From: Octopus vulgaris
Lineage: Eukaryota
Assembly (NCBI GenBank): GCA_951406725.2
Contig: CATOCA020000001.1
Coordinates: forward strand, 3,906,001 to 3,970,000
DNA: 64,000 bases
Direction: 5' to 3'
The position numbers and the translations under genes are program-made. Below, in pieces: positions 1 to 12,800 of this stretch. The notes under the pieces were generated by a model. It was not told the DNA's origin, searched no databases, and was given only the letters and a program-made list of their open reading frames with translations. Position 1 is the stretch's first letter; every line of letters starts with the position of its first letter.

Positions 1-1550
1 ACTACTCGATCGCTAGATGGCTGCACACAGCGTGCAGTTATATCAAGAGACGGGCGGAAGGGGAGAGTTAAGGCAACAAGGTGGCGATGATGTGGGAAAT
101 CCTAGAGAGGACGAGAGCGGAAGACCCGGTCAGGGGGAACTGGTATGTGCCCAAACGGAATACGGGACCGTCTGGTGTGAGGATAGCAGTATAGCGATAG
201 GGGTTGTGTTGGAGATCGAAGGCACTGAGGTGGAGGTCGCGGCCTGGCTTCGGAAAGCAGACGGCTTTAACCACACCAATGTTACCGAATTAGACTAGAT
301 GCTGAAGGGGGTGAACTTAGCCCTTTAAAAGGGGGCTGCGGTCAATCGAAATCCGGCCACTATGCTTGGCTGGGTAGGATCGGTGCTCATCGGTGAGAGA
401 AGAGATCGGACGAAAGGTGCCGCGGAGATGTTGGTGAAGCGACGTCTAGGAGATCTAGGAGAATTGATTGCCGAGTTCGGACTGAAGCTAAACGTGGTTT
501 TCGTGCCTTCCAAGAGAAACAGGGCAGACGCACTGACCAGGGTGAAAAGGGCGTGGTTGGAGGAGCCGGAGGAGGCACAGAAAGGGATAGCTGCGGCGTG
601 TCGGTTGGGTGACTCCGAACTGAAGAGACTGCACGCTATGCATCACTTAGGTGTGAACAGGATCCAATATCTTGCGAAGATTATTGATGCTGACGTCACT
701 AGGAGAAGCACCCGGAAAGTGGTCGGGAGCCGCGACTAGTGTCAGCCCATTGACCCTGCTCCGTGTGAGCATCAGCAAGGAAACCTTTCGGTGGAGCACA
801 ACTGGAAGTGACTTGCTGTGGTTGTGACGCATTAACGACAGGGAAAGTATCTCTCCATGGTCGACTGCAGTCCGGGCTAGCTGGCCATTTGGAGGGAGTT
901 GAGGACGGGCATTACTGACGAGATTGCGCAGATTTTGAACGGGATATTTTTAGAGAGAGGGCCCGTGGAAGAACTGCTAATGGACAACGGGGCGGCGTTT
1001 CGTTCGGAAGCGTTGAGGGATATGCTCGGACGGCGAAAATTGCATCGCTTGTTCAGAGCAGTATATAGGCCGAACAGTAACGGAATCGTGGAGAGGAACC
1101 ATCGGACAGTCAAGGTCATAGCGGAAAGAGGACACATTTCGCCGCTGGAAGCAGTTTTCTGGTACAACATGTCTCTCCGATCCGGAAAAGCTGAAGAATC
1201 CGTGCCACACAGAGCGCTATTTAAATACGAATGGAGGCATCGAGTAAAGCGGCGGAGTGTCACGAAGAAGAGAAGAGACACGCCTGCGTGAAAATAGGGG
1301 AGGAAGTCTGGGTTAAGCCACCGAAGGCGCGCTGTACGTATCAATGGAGACGGCGGTCAATTCCAGAAACAATGTCTCCGTGGATGGAATGCCGTGACAT
1401 GTCTTGGACCTTCGCAGGATTGTCGCTTAGTCGGATGACGATTGTGGAGAGGAGGAGAACGAGGTGCCTAGCCCGAGAAAATCTCGACGCGCAAGGTGCC
1501 CTCCCGGTTGGATAGTGGACTTCGACGTGGAGTAGAGAGAATATGTTCTT
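1..1550 (+). mobile_element. Decayed Ty3/Gypsy LTR retrotransposon pol remnant (RNase H, integrase Zn-binding and core domains)
   Basis: ORF 362-739 has RNase H C-terminal 'VFVPSKRNRADALTR' and the integrase HHCC start 'LHAMHHLGVNR'. ORF 899-1291 has integrase core 'LLMDNGAAF...SNGIVERNHRTVK'. Multiple stops and frameshifts; runs off the left edge. Confidence 0.88.
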
Positions 1551-1566
1551 TAAGATAAGGGTGGCG

Positions 1567-1806
1567 TGTGGGATGACGTCAGCAGCTGGGGAGCTGACCT
1601 GAAGAAGAAGGGCGCAGGGGGCCTTTTCGATTGGGGCAGCCGTCAGTGCTGGATGTGTGAGCATTCGACAAAGTAAGGGAAAGGTATGTCTTGCTTTTCT
1701 GCTGGGATGAGAACTTGAGTTGTTCCTTGCCAGTCGCGTAGCAACAGGAACTGATCCGGTCTTTTGCACTGGAGCCAACCACAGGGAACCTTCCGCATAC
1801 ACCACA
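1567..1806 (+). mobile_element. 3' LTR (~240 bp) of the Gypsy element
   Basis: Starts TGTGG right after a purine-rich PPT-like tract (aagataagggtggcg) and ends CCACA, a 5-bp terminal inverted repeat with TG...CA ends. GC-rich content falls off shortly after it. Confidence 0.75.
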
Positions 1807-2369
1807 GCCCCTTACCCAAAAGCTCGGGCCTTGGGCCTAGAATAGAAAAGAATATTGAAGATGACGTAAGCATTGAGATAAAGAATGTATGTTGACAGGA
1901 ATAGGAGATACGGGAAAGATATATTCACACGGTGTGTGGGAATACTGGATAACATCGGCATACATATACACTGCAACACACACACACACACATCCTTTAA
2001 TCAAACATATACACACAGCAATATACACATCCACCAACAGAGACACTACAACAAAGACATTTAAACAAAGATATACACAAATATGTCCAAGTAACACCCA
2101 CACATTTATAAACGTCTTTCTGCTACATTATATATAAACCAGCGACAGTTGGGAGTCTCATAATTCTCTCTGCTGTTTCAACGAACAGAACTCGCAAGAC
2201 GTTAAACGGACATCAGCCTGATATTGAAACCTAAATATTATTGTATTTACACATTTACATCGTTAAACATTCACTACAACAATTTCAAACATAAATATAC
2301 TTTTCTATTGAACTTTATTTTAATTTCATACGGTATTTTACAGACAAGAAACTGCGAAAACCTCTGGTA

Positions 2370-2850
2370 ACAAAACATTTCATTTATTTCGCTTTGGGAT
2401 TTGGTTTGCAAGATTCTTTATGTGTTTTTTGTGTGTTGAAGCATATTCTGTTGTGTCTGGGGAGAGTCATCCTCTTTTGGGTGACTTATAATTTAGCGCA
2501 CTCACCTGTAAAATTTCCACTTATTTCTTTTTTATTTTTCCAAAATTTTCGTTCCGTCCTGCAACCTTTTCAAAGGTTTTGACTCTCTCTTTCATTTACA
2601 TTTCCAGAATATAATATGAAATCTAATTTGTTTATAACTATGTAAAATGATGGAAATTAAACGAAAAAAAGATTTTCCTTTATTTCGTTTTTGGATTTGG
2701 TTTGCAAGATTCTTTATGTGAGTTCGTGTATTAAAGCATATTCTGTTGTGCTTGGAGTGAGTCATCCTCTTTTATTGCCTTATAATTTCACCGGTGAGTG
2801 TGTTAAATTATAAGGTACTAAAAGAGAATGACTCTCCCCAGATACCACAT
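2370..2850. repeat. Duplicated Penelope-like repeat fragment with internal hairpin
   Basis: 2380-2500 is repeated at 2680-2790 (tttatttcg...ggtttgcaagattctttatgtg...). The second copy folds back on itself (gagtcatcctctttt...aaaagagaatgactc). Confidence 0.45.
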
Positions 2851-3529
2851 AATGGTCCTCTAATCATCCAGCATTTTAGTTAGTCTATGATGGATTCCCA
2901 ATTCACAAATGAGATTTAGAATTTGTAAATCAGTTTTATAGCTTAAAAATTCATTGGTTATTTTTTATAAATTTCATTTCCGTAATGTTTGTCAGTTGAG
3001 AAAGCCCCTGCCTATAACCCTCGTTTTTTTTACATGGGTCTTTGAGAGTGGCGAGTGGGAGGAAGACAGTCCCAAAACACGAGACCCACACGAATGCATA
3101 AACAGAAAAAATTCTCTGCTAAAAGGAATCCAGGATCATGTGATCCTGTTAAAATAGGGGATAGCTTAATAGACTTATCTCGTCCCCTGAAATTACCGGC
3201 CTTGTGCCAACATTTGAAACAAATATTTAATCTTGAATTTAAATGTAATAGTTCTGGTAATTAAAGAAGGATTGTGTGAATATAAAATGGTTTTGTGACA
3301 GCATATTGCTTTTAATCACCATATACACATACATACACACGCATATATGTTTATCCCAGGTTAACATGTTAACCTTTTAATGCGGGATGCATTAAATATG
3401 TTTTCTCTTCTTGAATATTATTTATCAGATGGATGACTTCTGGCAATTATTTCAAAATGCCTGGAATTATTATAAACTTTAATTATATCTAACAACGGAG
3501 ATTATAAACTGCTACATGAACTAAACATT

Positions 3530-3830
3530 TATTTGTTCCTTCTCGAGCAATGCCTGGCTCATAAGGGCCGGTTTCCCAGTTTCCTTGGCGTATAGGTTCC
3601 CCACCTGGACGGGATTCCGGTCCGTCGCAGGTGAGCTTTAAAATGCAGGAGGAAAACGTGAGAGAAAGTTGTGGCGAAAGAGTCAGCAGAAGTTGGCCAT
3701 TACCTTCTGCCTGGGCTGCGTGTAGCTTAGGTGTTTCGCTCATAAACACACACATCGCCCGGTCAAAGATTCGAAGCCGCGTTCGCTCGACCACGAGCCC
3801 ACTGCTCTAACCACTAGGCCTTGTGCCTCC
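3530..3830 (-). mobile_element. tRNA-derived SINE, family B (OR-like)
   Basis: Minus strand begins ggaggcacaaggcctagtggttagagcag (A box) ... cttcgaatc (B box). Body shared with copies at 6449, 14991, 17960, 23970, 30925. Confidence 0.8.
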
Positions 3831-3959
3831 ATAAATTAAACATGTTAGACAATGAGTGTTTGCGGGCGAGTCATGGCTGGAGTTGCTAGGTAAGAATTAA
3901 GTTGAACCCTGACAGTAGGAAACGTAAATTTTTATATATTTTGAACAGATGTAATTGCC

Positions 3960-4467
3960 ATATTTCAAATATATTTCCTGCTTACAAAAACTATTTTAAT
4001 GCTTAAATATTTCAACTTAATAAGTTGGCGAGGTGGGAGTAACAACTGGACTTGTGTCAAATTTGAACCAGTTTTGCAACTTTAAAAAATATTGGGTTGG
4101 TGCATAATTATTGCGGCGTTTTTTCAACAAATTTTATTCAACAAAAACAATAAAAATATTTATCAAAAACATCTTTAAATGACGGTCTGACCGTCTGCCA
4201 AGCAATTGAGAAGCAGTAATTGAAGTAGATGGTGAATATGCTCCGGAATAATCATTTAAAGATGTTTTTGTTAAATATCGTTATTGTTTTTGTTGAATAA
4301 AATTTGTTGAAAAAACGCCGCAATAATTATGCACCAAACCAATAAAGTTGCAAAACTGGTTCAAATTTTAAACAAGTCCAGTTGTTACTCCCACCTCACC
4401 ACCTTATTAAGTTGAAATATTAAAACATTAAAATAGTTTTTATAAGCAGAAAATATATTTGAAATAT
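3960..4467. repeat. ~500-bp nested palindrome: outer ~125-bp foldback arms around a mariner MITE
   Basis: 3960-4083 is the reverse complement of 4345-4467 with few mismatches. Confidence 0.9.
4092..4342 (+). mobile_element. Mariner-derived MITE with ~90-bp inverted arms and the transposase C-terminus
   Basis: TA-flanked TIR ttgggttggtgcataattattgcggcg / cgccgcaataattatgcaccaaaccaa. The spacer encodes 'DRLPSN*EAVIEVDGEYAPE*', typical of a mariner transposase C-terminus. Confidence 0.82.
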
Positions 4468-4479
4468 ATAATAGATAAA

Positions 4480-4545
4480 CTTCGATATGTTTCGACCAAA
4501 GATTGGTCCAGGCCATGTCTAACCTTATAGCAGCCACCTGGTAAA
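4480..4545 (-). mobile_element. 3' tip of the same LINE family as 9769-14390
   Basis: gatatgtttcgacc...ccaggccatgtctaaccttatagca...ctggt matches 9790-9848. Confidence 0.65.
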
Positions 4546-4581
4546 TATATGCTTATAGATTGCATTTGTTATATATTATAT

Positions 4582-4782
4582 CAGTGGTTTTCAACCAGGG
4601 TTCCGCCAGTACAGTCCAGGGGTTCCGCAAGAAGTTACAAAACTGCTAAAATCGGCAGTAAATTTTAATTCTCCTGTGCAGATATGTGTGCATAAGACTA
4701 TTAAATTATTGCACAGGGGTTCCTCGAACCAGTGGAATGTTTCCTTGGGGTTCCGCTCCAGCAAAAATGTTGAAAAGCACTG
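4582..4782. mobile_element. hAT-type MITE
   Basis: TIR cagtggttttcaac / gttgaaaagcactg with a perfect 8-bp TSD tattatat at 4574-4581 and 4783-4790. Confidence 0.9.
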
Positions 4783-5102
4783 TATTATATATTCGAAAAA
4801 TAAAATGAATAGAAATAGTTTTTCTCGTTAGGAAAGGTGACAGATAAGAGTTCCTCGCTGTATCAGGACAATTAGCCTCTAGGACAATTACGCCACTTGG
4901 TTAATTACCCCTTCTATAATATATTAAGAAGATTTAAATAATCATCTGATGTCCTCAGGGGTGATTCTCCTAGCAGGTGGAGGGGGGTTATTGTCCAGGG
5001 GGGTAAATATCTTAGACCCATTACTTACTTAAGAGCGATCATCAGACTGATGATTTAGATTTTATTATTCATTGTTTAATTAGGGGGTATTTAATTACCA
5101 AC

Positions 5103-5505
5103 TAGGAGTGGCTGTGTGGTAAGTAGCTTACTTACGAACCACATGGGTCCGGGTTCAGTCCCACTGCGTGGCACCTTTGGCGAGTGTATTCTACTATAGC
5201 CTCGGGCAGACCAAATCCTTCTGAGTGGATTTGGTAGACGGAAACAGAAAGAGACCCGTCGTATATATGTATATGTATATATATCTGTGTGTGTGTATGT
5301 GTGTGTGTGTGTGTGTGTGTGTATGCTTGTGTGTCTGTGTTTGTCACCTTCAATATCGCTTGACAACCGATGCTGGCGTGTTTATGTCCCCGTAAAAGCG
5401 ATTCGGTAAAAGATTTCGACAGAATAAGTCCTGGGGACGAAATGCTCGACTAAATGTGGTGCTCCATCATGGCCACAGTCAAATGACTGACACAAGTAAA
5501 AGAGT
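5103..5505 (+). mobile_element. tRNA-derived SINE, family A (internal (TA)n(TG)n, tail gactgaaacaagtaaaagag)
   Basis: Head ggagtggctgtgtggtaag...ggttcagtccc and conserved body gtggatttggtagacggaaac; many copies in the window. Confidence 0.85.
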
Positions 5506-5728
5506 ACACGCACACATACAAACACTGACACACACACACACATATATACCAATACATAAACAGGTATATAAAGAGACGTCTACACACCCGAAAACATGGA
5601 CCTTACACATACGTACGCGCAGAGAAACACTCATACACATATATACGTATTCATTCACATAGAATCACATATATTAATATATACATGCACATATAAAAAA
5701 ACGGAGTGGAGGAATATATATACGTATA

Positions 5729-5780
<52 letters not shown>

Positions 5781-5858
5781 TATACGTATACAAATATATG
5801 GATATATATATATATATATATTTGTATATAGTTATACGTATATATGAACGTATATACA

Positions 5859-5910
<52 letters not shown>

Positions 5911-6015
5911 CGGGATCGACTACGCTAACGGATGTTGCTACACATCGCTGGTCACAATGCGCTTCACATTGTTTTAGCCTCCAACAGACGCCACCCCGCT
6001 GGCTAAGCGAGCAGG

Positions 6016-6077
<62 letters not shown>

Positions 6078-6194
6078 TAAATTAGAGACAAAACCACTAT
6101 TATGCAAATCAAACAATGAAAGACTTAAGCCAATACATAAATTAATTTATATTATTTAAATATGTAACAATTATTAAAAAATATAATTAATATC

Positions 6195-6257
6195 CCACTA
6201 CGATCGTTTCCTGCTTGCTGTCTTTAAATTTTTGAGTCGCAGTCATTCATCAGGTGG
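6195..6257 (-). ncRNA. Decayed minimal type I hammerhead ribozyme in a Penelope-like fragment
   Basis: Minus strand reads ccac-CTGATGA-(imperfect stem II)-GAAAC-gatc-GTA-gtgg. Stem I is ccac/gtgg, with a palindromic stem III loop. Confidence 0.6.
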
Positions 6258-6290
6258 TTTTAAAATTTTTCTTGGCGAGTTTTATATACA

Positions 6291-6369
<79 letters not shown>

Positions 6370-6413
6370 CGTATATATATATATGTGTGTGTGTATATAT
6401 ATGTGTGTGTGTG

Positions 6414-6448
<35 letters not shown>

Positions 6449-6449
<1 letters not shown>

Positions 6450-6752
6450 GAGGCGCAATAGCCCAGTGGTTAGGGCAACGGACTCGCGGTCGTAGGATAG
6501 CAGTTTCGATTCCCAGACCGGGCCTTGTGACTGTTTATTGAGCGAAAACACCTAAAAGCTCCACGATGCTCCGGCAGGGGGGGGCGATCCCTGGCGTACT
6601 CTTTCGCCGCACCTTTCTCTCACTCTCTCTTCTTTTGGCCTGCTCGCTTAGCCAGTGGGGTGGCGTCATTCGAAGGCTAAAACAATGCAAAGCGCATTGT
6701 GACCAGCGATGTGTAGCAACGTCTGATAGCCTGGTCGGTCACGGTGATCACG

Positions 6753-6757
<5 letters not shown>
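6449..6757 (+). mobile_element. SINE family B, full length; an inverted 3' fragment lies at 5907-6018
   Basis: ggaggcgcaatagcccagtggttagggc...gtttcgattccc head; tail cacggtgat. Confidence 0.82.
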
Positions 6758-6795
<38 letters not shown>

Positions 6796-6829
6796 TGTAT
6801 ATTATGTATATATATATATATATATATAC

Positions 6830-7072
6830 TAATTATAATAAAGGGATAATTGCAACAAGTTGCTCAAAACCACATACCGAAAATATTAGAAATAGCGGCT
6901 AAATTGATCACTATTTCTTCTACTCATAAAAAAGTCCCCACAAACAAACAGAATTTGTTTGTGGATACTTTTTTATTCGTAGAAGAAATAGTGATCAATT
7001 TAGCTGCTATTTCTAATACTTTCGGTATGTGGTTTTGAGCAACTTGTTGCAATTAACCCTTTATTATAATTA
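6830..7072. repeat. ~240-bp near-perfect palindrome (Penelope-like foldback); one arm recurs at 58745-58872
   Basis: taattataataaaggg...acaaacagaatttgt...ccctttattataatta. Confidence 0.88.
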
Positions 7073-7291
7073 ATATAATTCTTACCAAATATGGTCTTTT
7101 CCATACCGATTAATCTACTAGGTGAAATTTATTAATTTTGACAATTGCCCCGACAATCTTGTGACCGATAGAATAAGTACTGGGCTTCCAAAGAATAAGT
7201 CCCGGGGTCGAGTTGCTCGACTAAAGGTGGTGCTCCAGCATGGCCGCAGTCAAATGACTGAAACAAGTAAAAGAGTAAAAGAGTAAAAGAG

Positions 7292-7332
<41 letters not shown>

Positions 7333-7865
7333 ATGTATATGTTTATATATATGTACGAATAAAACGCCCCCCAGTCCACTGGACGGTGCTAAATCACATC
7401 TGCTGAATAAAAAGCAATCAGTGTTTTCTTTTCATTAAGATATAATTAATCATGCCTTTATTTCAATAATTTTTTAGTTTTGTTCAACAAAGTTAAAAGC
7501 AAAAAAAATTTCTTGAGAAAGCAAAGAGTCTTTCCTTCCTTCATGCCAAGTTTGAAAAAAATATCTCATTTCGGTCTCTTAAATATACTGCATTTTGTGG
7601 CATTATTTCAAGCCAGCCGGCCTTTTTAGCGCAATGTGCACGTGCATTATTCTCGCGTACGCGTAGTATGGATCGCAACAGCTGATGTACTTTTGCGTAC
7701 AAATGCACGTTCCCACGGTTTTATCGATCGCATTCTCACCTGGAATCGATTTTTGTAATTTTTTCAAGACTTACACACGCCCTGATACCGCCAAATTTGA
7801 GCGCAATCGGATAGAACACACTCACACACACACGCACACACACAGAACGGATTTTATATAACAGA
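7333..7865 (-). mobile_element. Helitron/Helentron-like non-autonomous element
   Basis: Minus-strand 5' end tctgttatataaaatcc followed by (TG)n; terminal hairpin ccagt-cc-actgg near the other end. No canonical CTRR terminus. Confidence 0.45.
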
Positions 7866-7999
7866 TATAAGTATAAGTTTGTATATATATGCCCATATGT
7901 ATGTATATGATATATATGTTTATATATATATTTATATGATATATGTTTACATGTGTGTATATGATATATACAAAATAACCATTCCGAAATATAACAATG

Positions 8000-8043
<44 letters not shown>

Positions 8044-8046
<3 letters not shown>

Positions 8047-8700
8047 TATTATAAAAGGCAGATTTTATCTGCCTCCCTTTGGGAGTTATAGAAATCTACG
8101 ATATAGGATTTCTTCAATTACAATTTACCTAGCATTTTTAAGAGTAGAATGCATCGGGTCATGCCAGGTCCAGTTTTTAAAATTTAAACTCCAATTAAGC
8201 AAAATTTACAGAAAACTCACATTCTGGTGTGTATGTCAAATGCTTTTCTTAGTCTGGTTTACAGCACACGCAAACGCACACACACAGTGTGCAACGAATA
8301 AACTGAAAGTAAATAGCGACAGAGTGATTTGAGGAAGACTAAACTGAGAGTATTTAAACCACTACTCAAAAAATAAAAAAACACTGCAAACAGAAACAAA
8401 TAAATACATAACGATTCACTCCTCACACAATTTCTTCAATTAGAGTGTACCAATGATTTTTCAGAGTACTTCAGTGGGTGATGCCATAAAAAATTTCTTT
8501 CAATTTTACCACCAATTAAGACAAAATTCGAGAAAACTCAATATTTTAACATATCACTCCGAAAGCATTGATGTACATGTGTGCGTGCGTGAGTGTGTGT
8601 GTGTCACTCCTCACACACACGCATACACATACATGTACAACTACATACAACTACATACACATACAACTACATACAAACACGTGTGTGTTTGTTATTAGTA
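8044..8700 (+). mobile_element. Helitron 5' fragment (head tcttattataaaaggcagattttatctgcc), repeated at 33706 and 35473
   Basis: A|TC start and three near-identical heads in the window. The 3' boundary is approximate. Confidence 0.65.
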
Positions 8701-9259
8701 AAAAAGGCGCCAAAACACAACTCACTTATCATTCCAACACATTTGCAAAGACACACGGACGGACAGAAAAGGTAAATTGGTTTTTATTTTACTCTGTATA
8801 TATTTTATTATATAATATTATATATAGATATATGTATATATAATTGCAGTATGAAACAGTGTTTATGTATAAACAGACGACACTTATATATAGTTATTAT
8901 AATAAGAGATTAATAAATGTATGCATCCGTTTAACCCTTTCGTTACCAAGCCGCCCGAATTTACCTATTCATATTTAAATGAGAATATCAGAGCAAATCT
9001 CTTTAGTACATTCGTGAAAACACGTATTATACTTCGTAAACACTTCAACTACAGTTTTGTACAAAAATCGAAGTGTAATTTTAATTCCGTGAATTATGGG
9101 AGATTTTTTTCCGAAATTTGTTCCTATTGTGTTTTCAAAATTTGTAATTCTGACAAAAAATGGATACGAATTTCATTATATCAAGCAGCGAGTCAGAATT
9201 CGAAGGATTTTCTACTGAAGACCTTCATAAATCTAACTCTATGACTGAAAAAAAAAGCA

Positions 9260-9643
9260 TCTTTATATAAGAGTGAAGTTGTGTGTCTGTCTCCTACGAT
9301 TTAGATTCCTAACTACTCCCACATTTTGCGGTGCAGTTTAACCAAAAGCGGGTATCTTATAGTCGTGATTCATATCGAGCCCTTCTGGGTATTAGCGTGC
9401 GTCTACGATGAGTCTACGATTTAAAAAAAAATTACCATCATATTTTTCCATTTTAATGCATTTTTTTCGCTTTTATATAAGGGAAGTAACTCTCTAAATG
9501 TGTCAACGATTTAAAAAAAAAATTAACTTAATTTTTTTTCAATTTTTAATGCATTTTTTTGCTATTTTTTGGCTATAACTCTCTAAAAATGCTTATATAG
9601 TTATTTCCCTTACAACCCGAGCAACGCCGGGCGATACTGCTAG
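9260..9643 (+). mobile_element. Non-autonomous Helitron
   Basis: A|TC 5' end, 3' hairpin cccg-agcaacgc-cggg, CTAG|T terminus. Confidence 0.88.
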
Positions 9644-9725
9644 TATATATATATACATATATATATACATATGTTTATATATATATATGTATATATATAT
9701 GTATATATATATATGTATATATATG

Positions 9726-9771
<46 letters not shown>

Positions 9772-9860
9772 TTTGATACTTTGATACTTTGATAGGTTTC
9801 GGCCATTATTGGCCCAGGCCATGTCTAACTTAATAGCACCATCTGGTGAAGTCTTTCAAG

Positions 9861-12800
9861 TCAAAATTTGGGCACTATGGCCCACTCAAGTAGAGAGTTA
9901 TTGTTTACAGAGACATATCCGGGTGTAGGGGGTTTATCCGGGATTTCTTGAAGGAATCTGTCCAAAGACTTCTTGAACCTTATAGGGTCAGTTTCTGTTT
10001 TAATGTGTTTTGGTGTAATGTTAAAGAGAGCGGGGCCAATTGAGGTGAAATAATTGTGCCGTATTGTTGTTATGAGATGAGAGTGCAATTTTTGTTTTGG
10101 GCGGATGGCACGGGGCCCAAGCCTTGGATGTACCTTAAAGGTGATGCCAACATCATTTGGGCAATGCTGATGGAATATTTTCCACATCATGCAGATGATG
10201 TAGCGCTCACGACGACGTTGGAGAGAATAGAGTTTTAGCTTTTCTAGTCGACCCCAATAGTCGAGGCCTGTCATGCCATCTATCATTTTTGTGATTGCCC
10301 TTTGAGGTGCTTCAACTTTTATGATACCTTGTATTGTGTGGGGAGACCACAGTGGACAACAGTATTCAAGGTGGGGTCGGGCAAAAGTGGAGAAGAGAAG
10401 GATAATGGTGTGGATATCTCCCGACTGGAAAGTTCTGAGAATCCAGGAACACATTCTGCGGGCCATGTCAACTTTGGTGTTTATATGAGTGGCCCAGCTT
10501 ATGTTGTTGTCCACAATTACTCCCAAGTCTCTGATGTTGTTGGACGCCGCGAGAGTTTCACCTGAAGGAAGGGAGTATGGGAGTTTCAGGGCATCCTCTT
10601 TTCCAAAGTGGATTAACTCAAATTTATCCTCGTTCAGCAGCATATTGTTTTTTTCTGCCCATTGGATAACAACCAGTAGATCTGACTGAAGGCATGTCCG
10701 GTCACTCGCCTCATTTATGACCTTCTGTAGCTTGGAATCATCTGCAAAGATTTTTATGTTGCTGTGCTTGATGATGTCATTAATGTCATTAATGTAGATG
10801 ATGAAAAGAAGTGGGCCCAGCACAGTACCTTGCGGAACGCCACTACTGACTTTGGCTGGGCTTGATTTTACCCCTTCAACTACAACATGTTGAGATCTGT
10901 CTGTCAGGAAACACTTGATCCATTTCAGTAACTTTCCAGAGACACCAATGTTGGATAGTTTTTTCAATAGGATCTTGTGATCGACCCTGTCGAAGGCCTT
11001 ACTGAAATCAAGGTAGATGACATCGGTGTTGGAGCCCTCTCCCAAAGCTCTCAAAATGTCATCAAAGTGATGCAGGAGCTGCGTTAGGCAGTCCCTTCCA
11101 TTACGGAACCCATGTTGGTTGGAGATCAGCCGTCTGTTGCTTTCCAGAAATTGGGTTATTCGAGATCTCACCACCCTCTCAAATACCTTGATGATATGAG
11201 AGGTGAGTGAGATCGGACGGTAGTTCACAGCAAGGGACTTGTTTCCCTTTTTGAAAACTGGGACAACAGACTGGGACAGAAGGTTTTTTGGAATATAGCC
11301 AGCATCCAGTGAGTTTCTCCACAGATTAGCAAGGGGAGATGCAAGTTGGTGTCGACACACCTTCAGGACACAAGCCGGGAACCTATCGGGGCCTACTTCT
11401 GAATTGTGTTTTATTTCGTTTATCGCCGTTAAGACATCAGGGGCACTAAACGTTATGTCCGATATAGTGTGTTGGGGGTTGACATCACTGATACAGCCCA
11501 GATCGGCCATATCAGGATTGCTGAAAACAGAGCAGTATTGTTTCTGCAGTATCTCGGCCATGGATTTGGCATTATCTTGGAGAGTGCCAGTTTCATCAAT
11601 TAGAGGGCCAACAATGGAGACAGTGACCCTGCGTTTCCTCGCAAATGAAAAGAACACTTTGGGGTTGAGTTTGATTTTTTCAATGGCCCACTTCTCCTCA
11701 GCTGATCTTTGGTTATTGATGAGGGTCTTCATGCATTGTTGGAGGTTATATTTTTTGGATTCAAGCAGTGCGATAGCAGGCGAATGTGTGTGTTGCTGTT
11801 GGCAGTACTTTAGTTTGTTAATTTTTTTGTTTGTTCTTTTTATTTTTCTCATAATGGTTTTTCTGTTTTGGGGGATTCTGCACTTTTTGTTCACAGGTCT
11901 TGATGGGGAGTGTTTTGCACATATGTCTGTGACAGTGTCTACAAAGATCTGCCAAGATGTTTTATGGTTGGTGGAGATGTGTGTATGTGTAACGGACCAG
12001 TCAACATGTGATAGCTCGTTCCTGATTGCATCCCAGTTGGCATTATGGAGATCCATGTTGTCAAATGGGTGGGCTGGAGGGAGGTCACTAGGATTAGCTT
12101 TCGGCTGGTGGAATTTCATGTTACAGAGAACCATGTCATGGTCTGAAAGAAGGGTTTTTTCCACTGTAACATTATGTATGGTGTTAGTGTGCTTACTAAA
12201 CACTAGGTCCAAAATGTTCTGATGTCTTGTTGGTGCAAGGACAAGTTGGGACAAGAAAAACTCATTCGTAAAGTCGAAAAGTGACTCTGCTGCTTCTTTG
12301 TCAGCGGTTGAGGCGGGAGTGCTTGGTTTCAAACAGTTTGTAGTCCAGTCAACACAGGGTAGATTGAAGTCTCCCATCATGAGTAGGTTGCTAGAATGGC
12401 ACTGTTGAATAAAGCACTTAATGCTGTTGATGCATTCTTTAAAGCACAGTATGGGTGTTTGGGGCGGCCTATAGAGCCCAGCTACTGTCAGGTCATTGGC
12501 TTTGTTGTGCACGGTGACTGATTCACGGTAGCCGTTGGAGAATATACTATTTCCATCTGCCGTAAATGAATCATGCGGGAAAATGGCAGTTCCACCCTTC
12601 CTCCTGCCGATACGATCCGCGCGGATGGTTGTGAAATTCTTCACTCTCACTTCGGCTTCCAAGTGGGAGTTGTCAAGGTGGGTCTCAGTGAGAATGAAGA
12701 AAGGGATGTGGTGTGAATGGTTACCAACCCAGTCTTCAATGAATTGGACCTTCCATTTTTGTGCATTGATGGAAGGGCTGACACCTTGTGCATTGAGTAG

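Noticed and set aside
2540-2582. Possible minus-strand hammerhead variant (ttgaaaag-gttgc...gaac-gaaa)
   Set aside because: Stem I and the cleavage triplet cannot be formed convincingly.
5038-5054. ctgatga motif
   Set aside because: Part of a short palindrome (atcatcagactgatgat) with no GAAA or stems; not a ribozyme.
6449-6525. tRNA-like sequences at SINE heads
   Set aside because: They continue into SINE bodies and lack a proper acceptor stem and terminator, so they are not tRNA genes.
11404-12222. 272-aa + strand ORF
   Set aside because: Antisense shadow of LINE ORF2.
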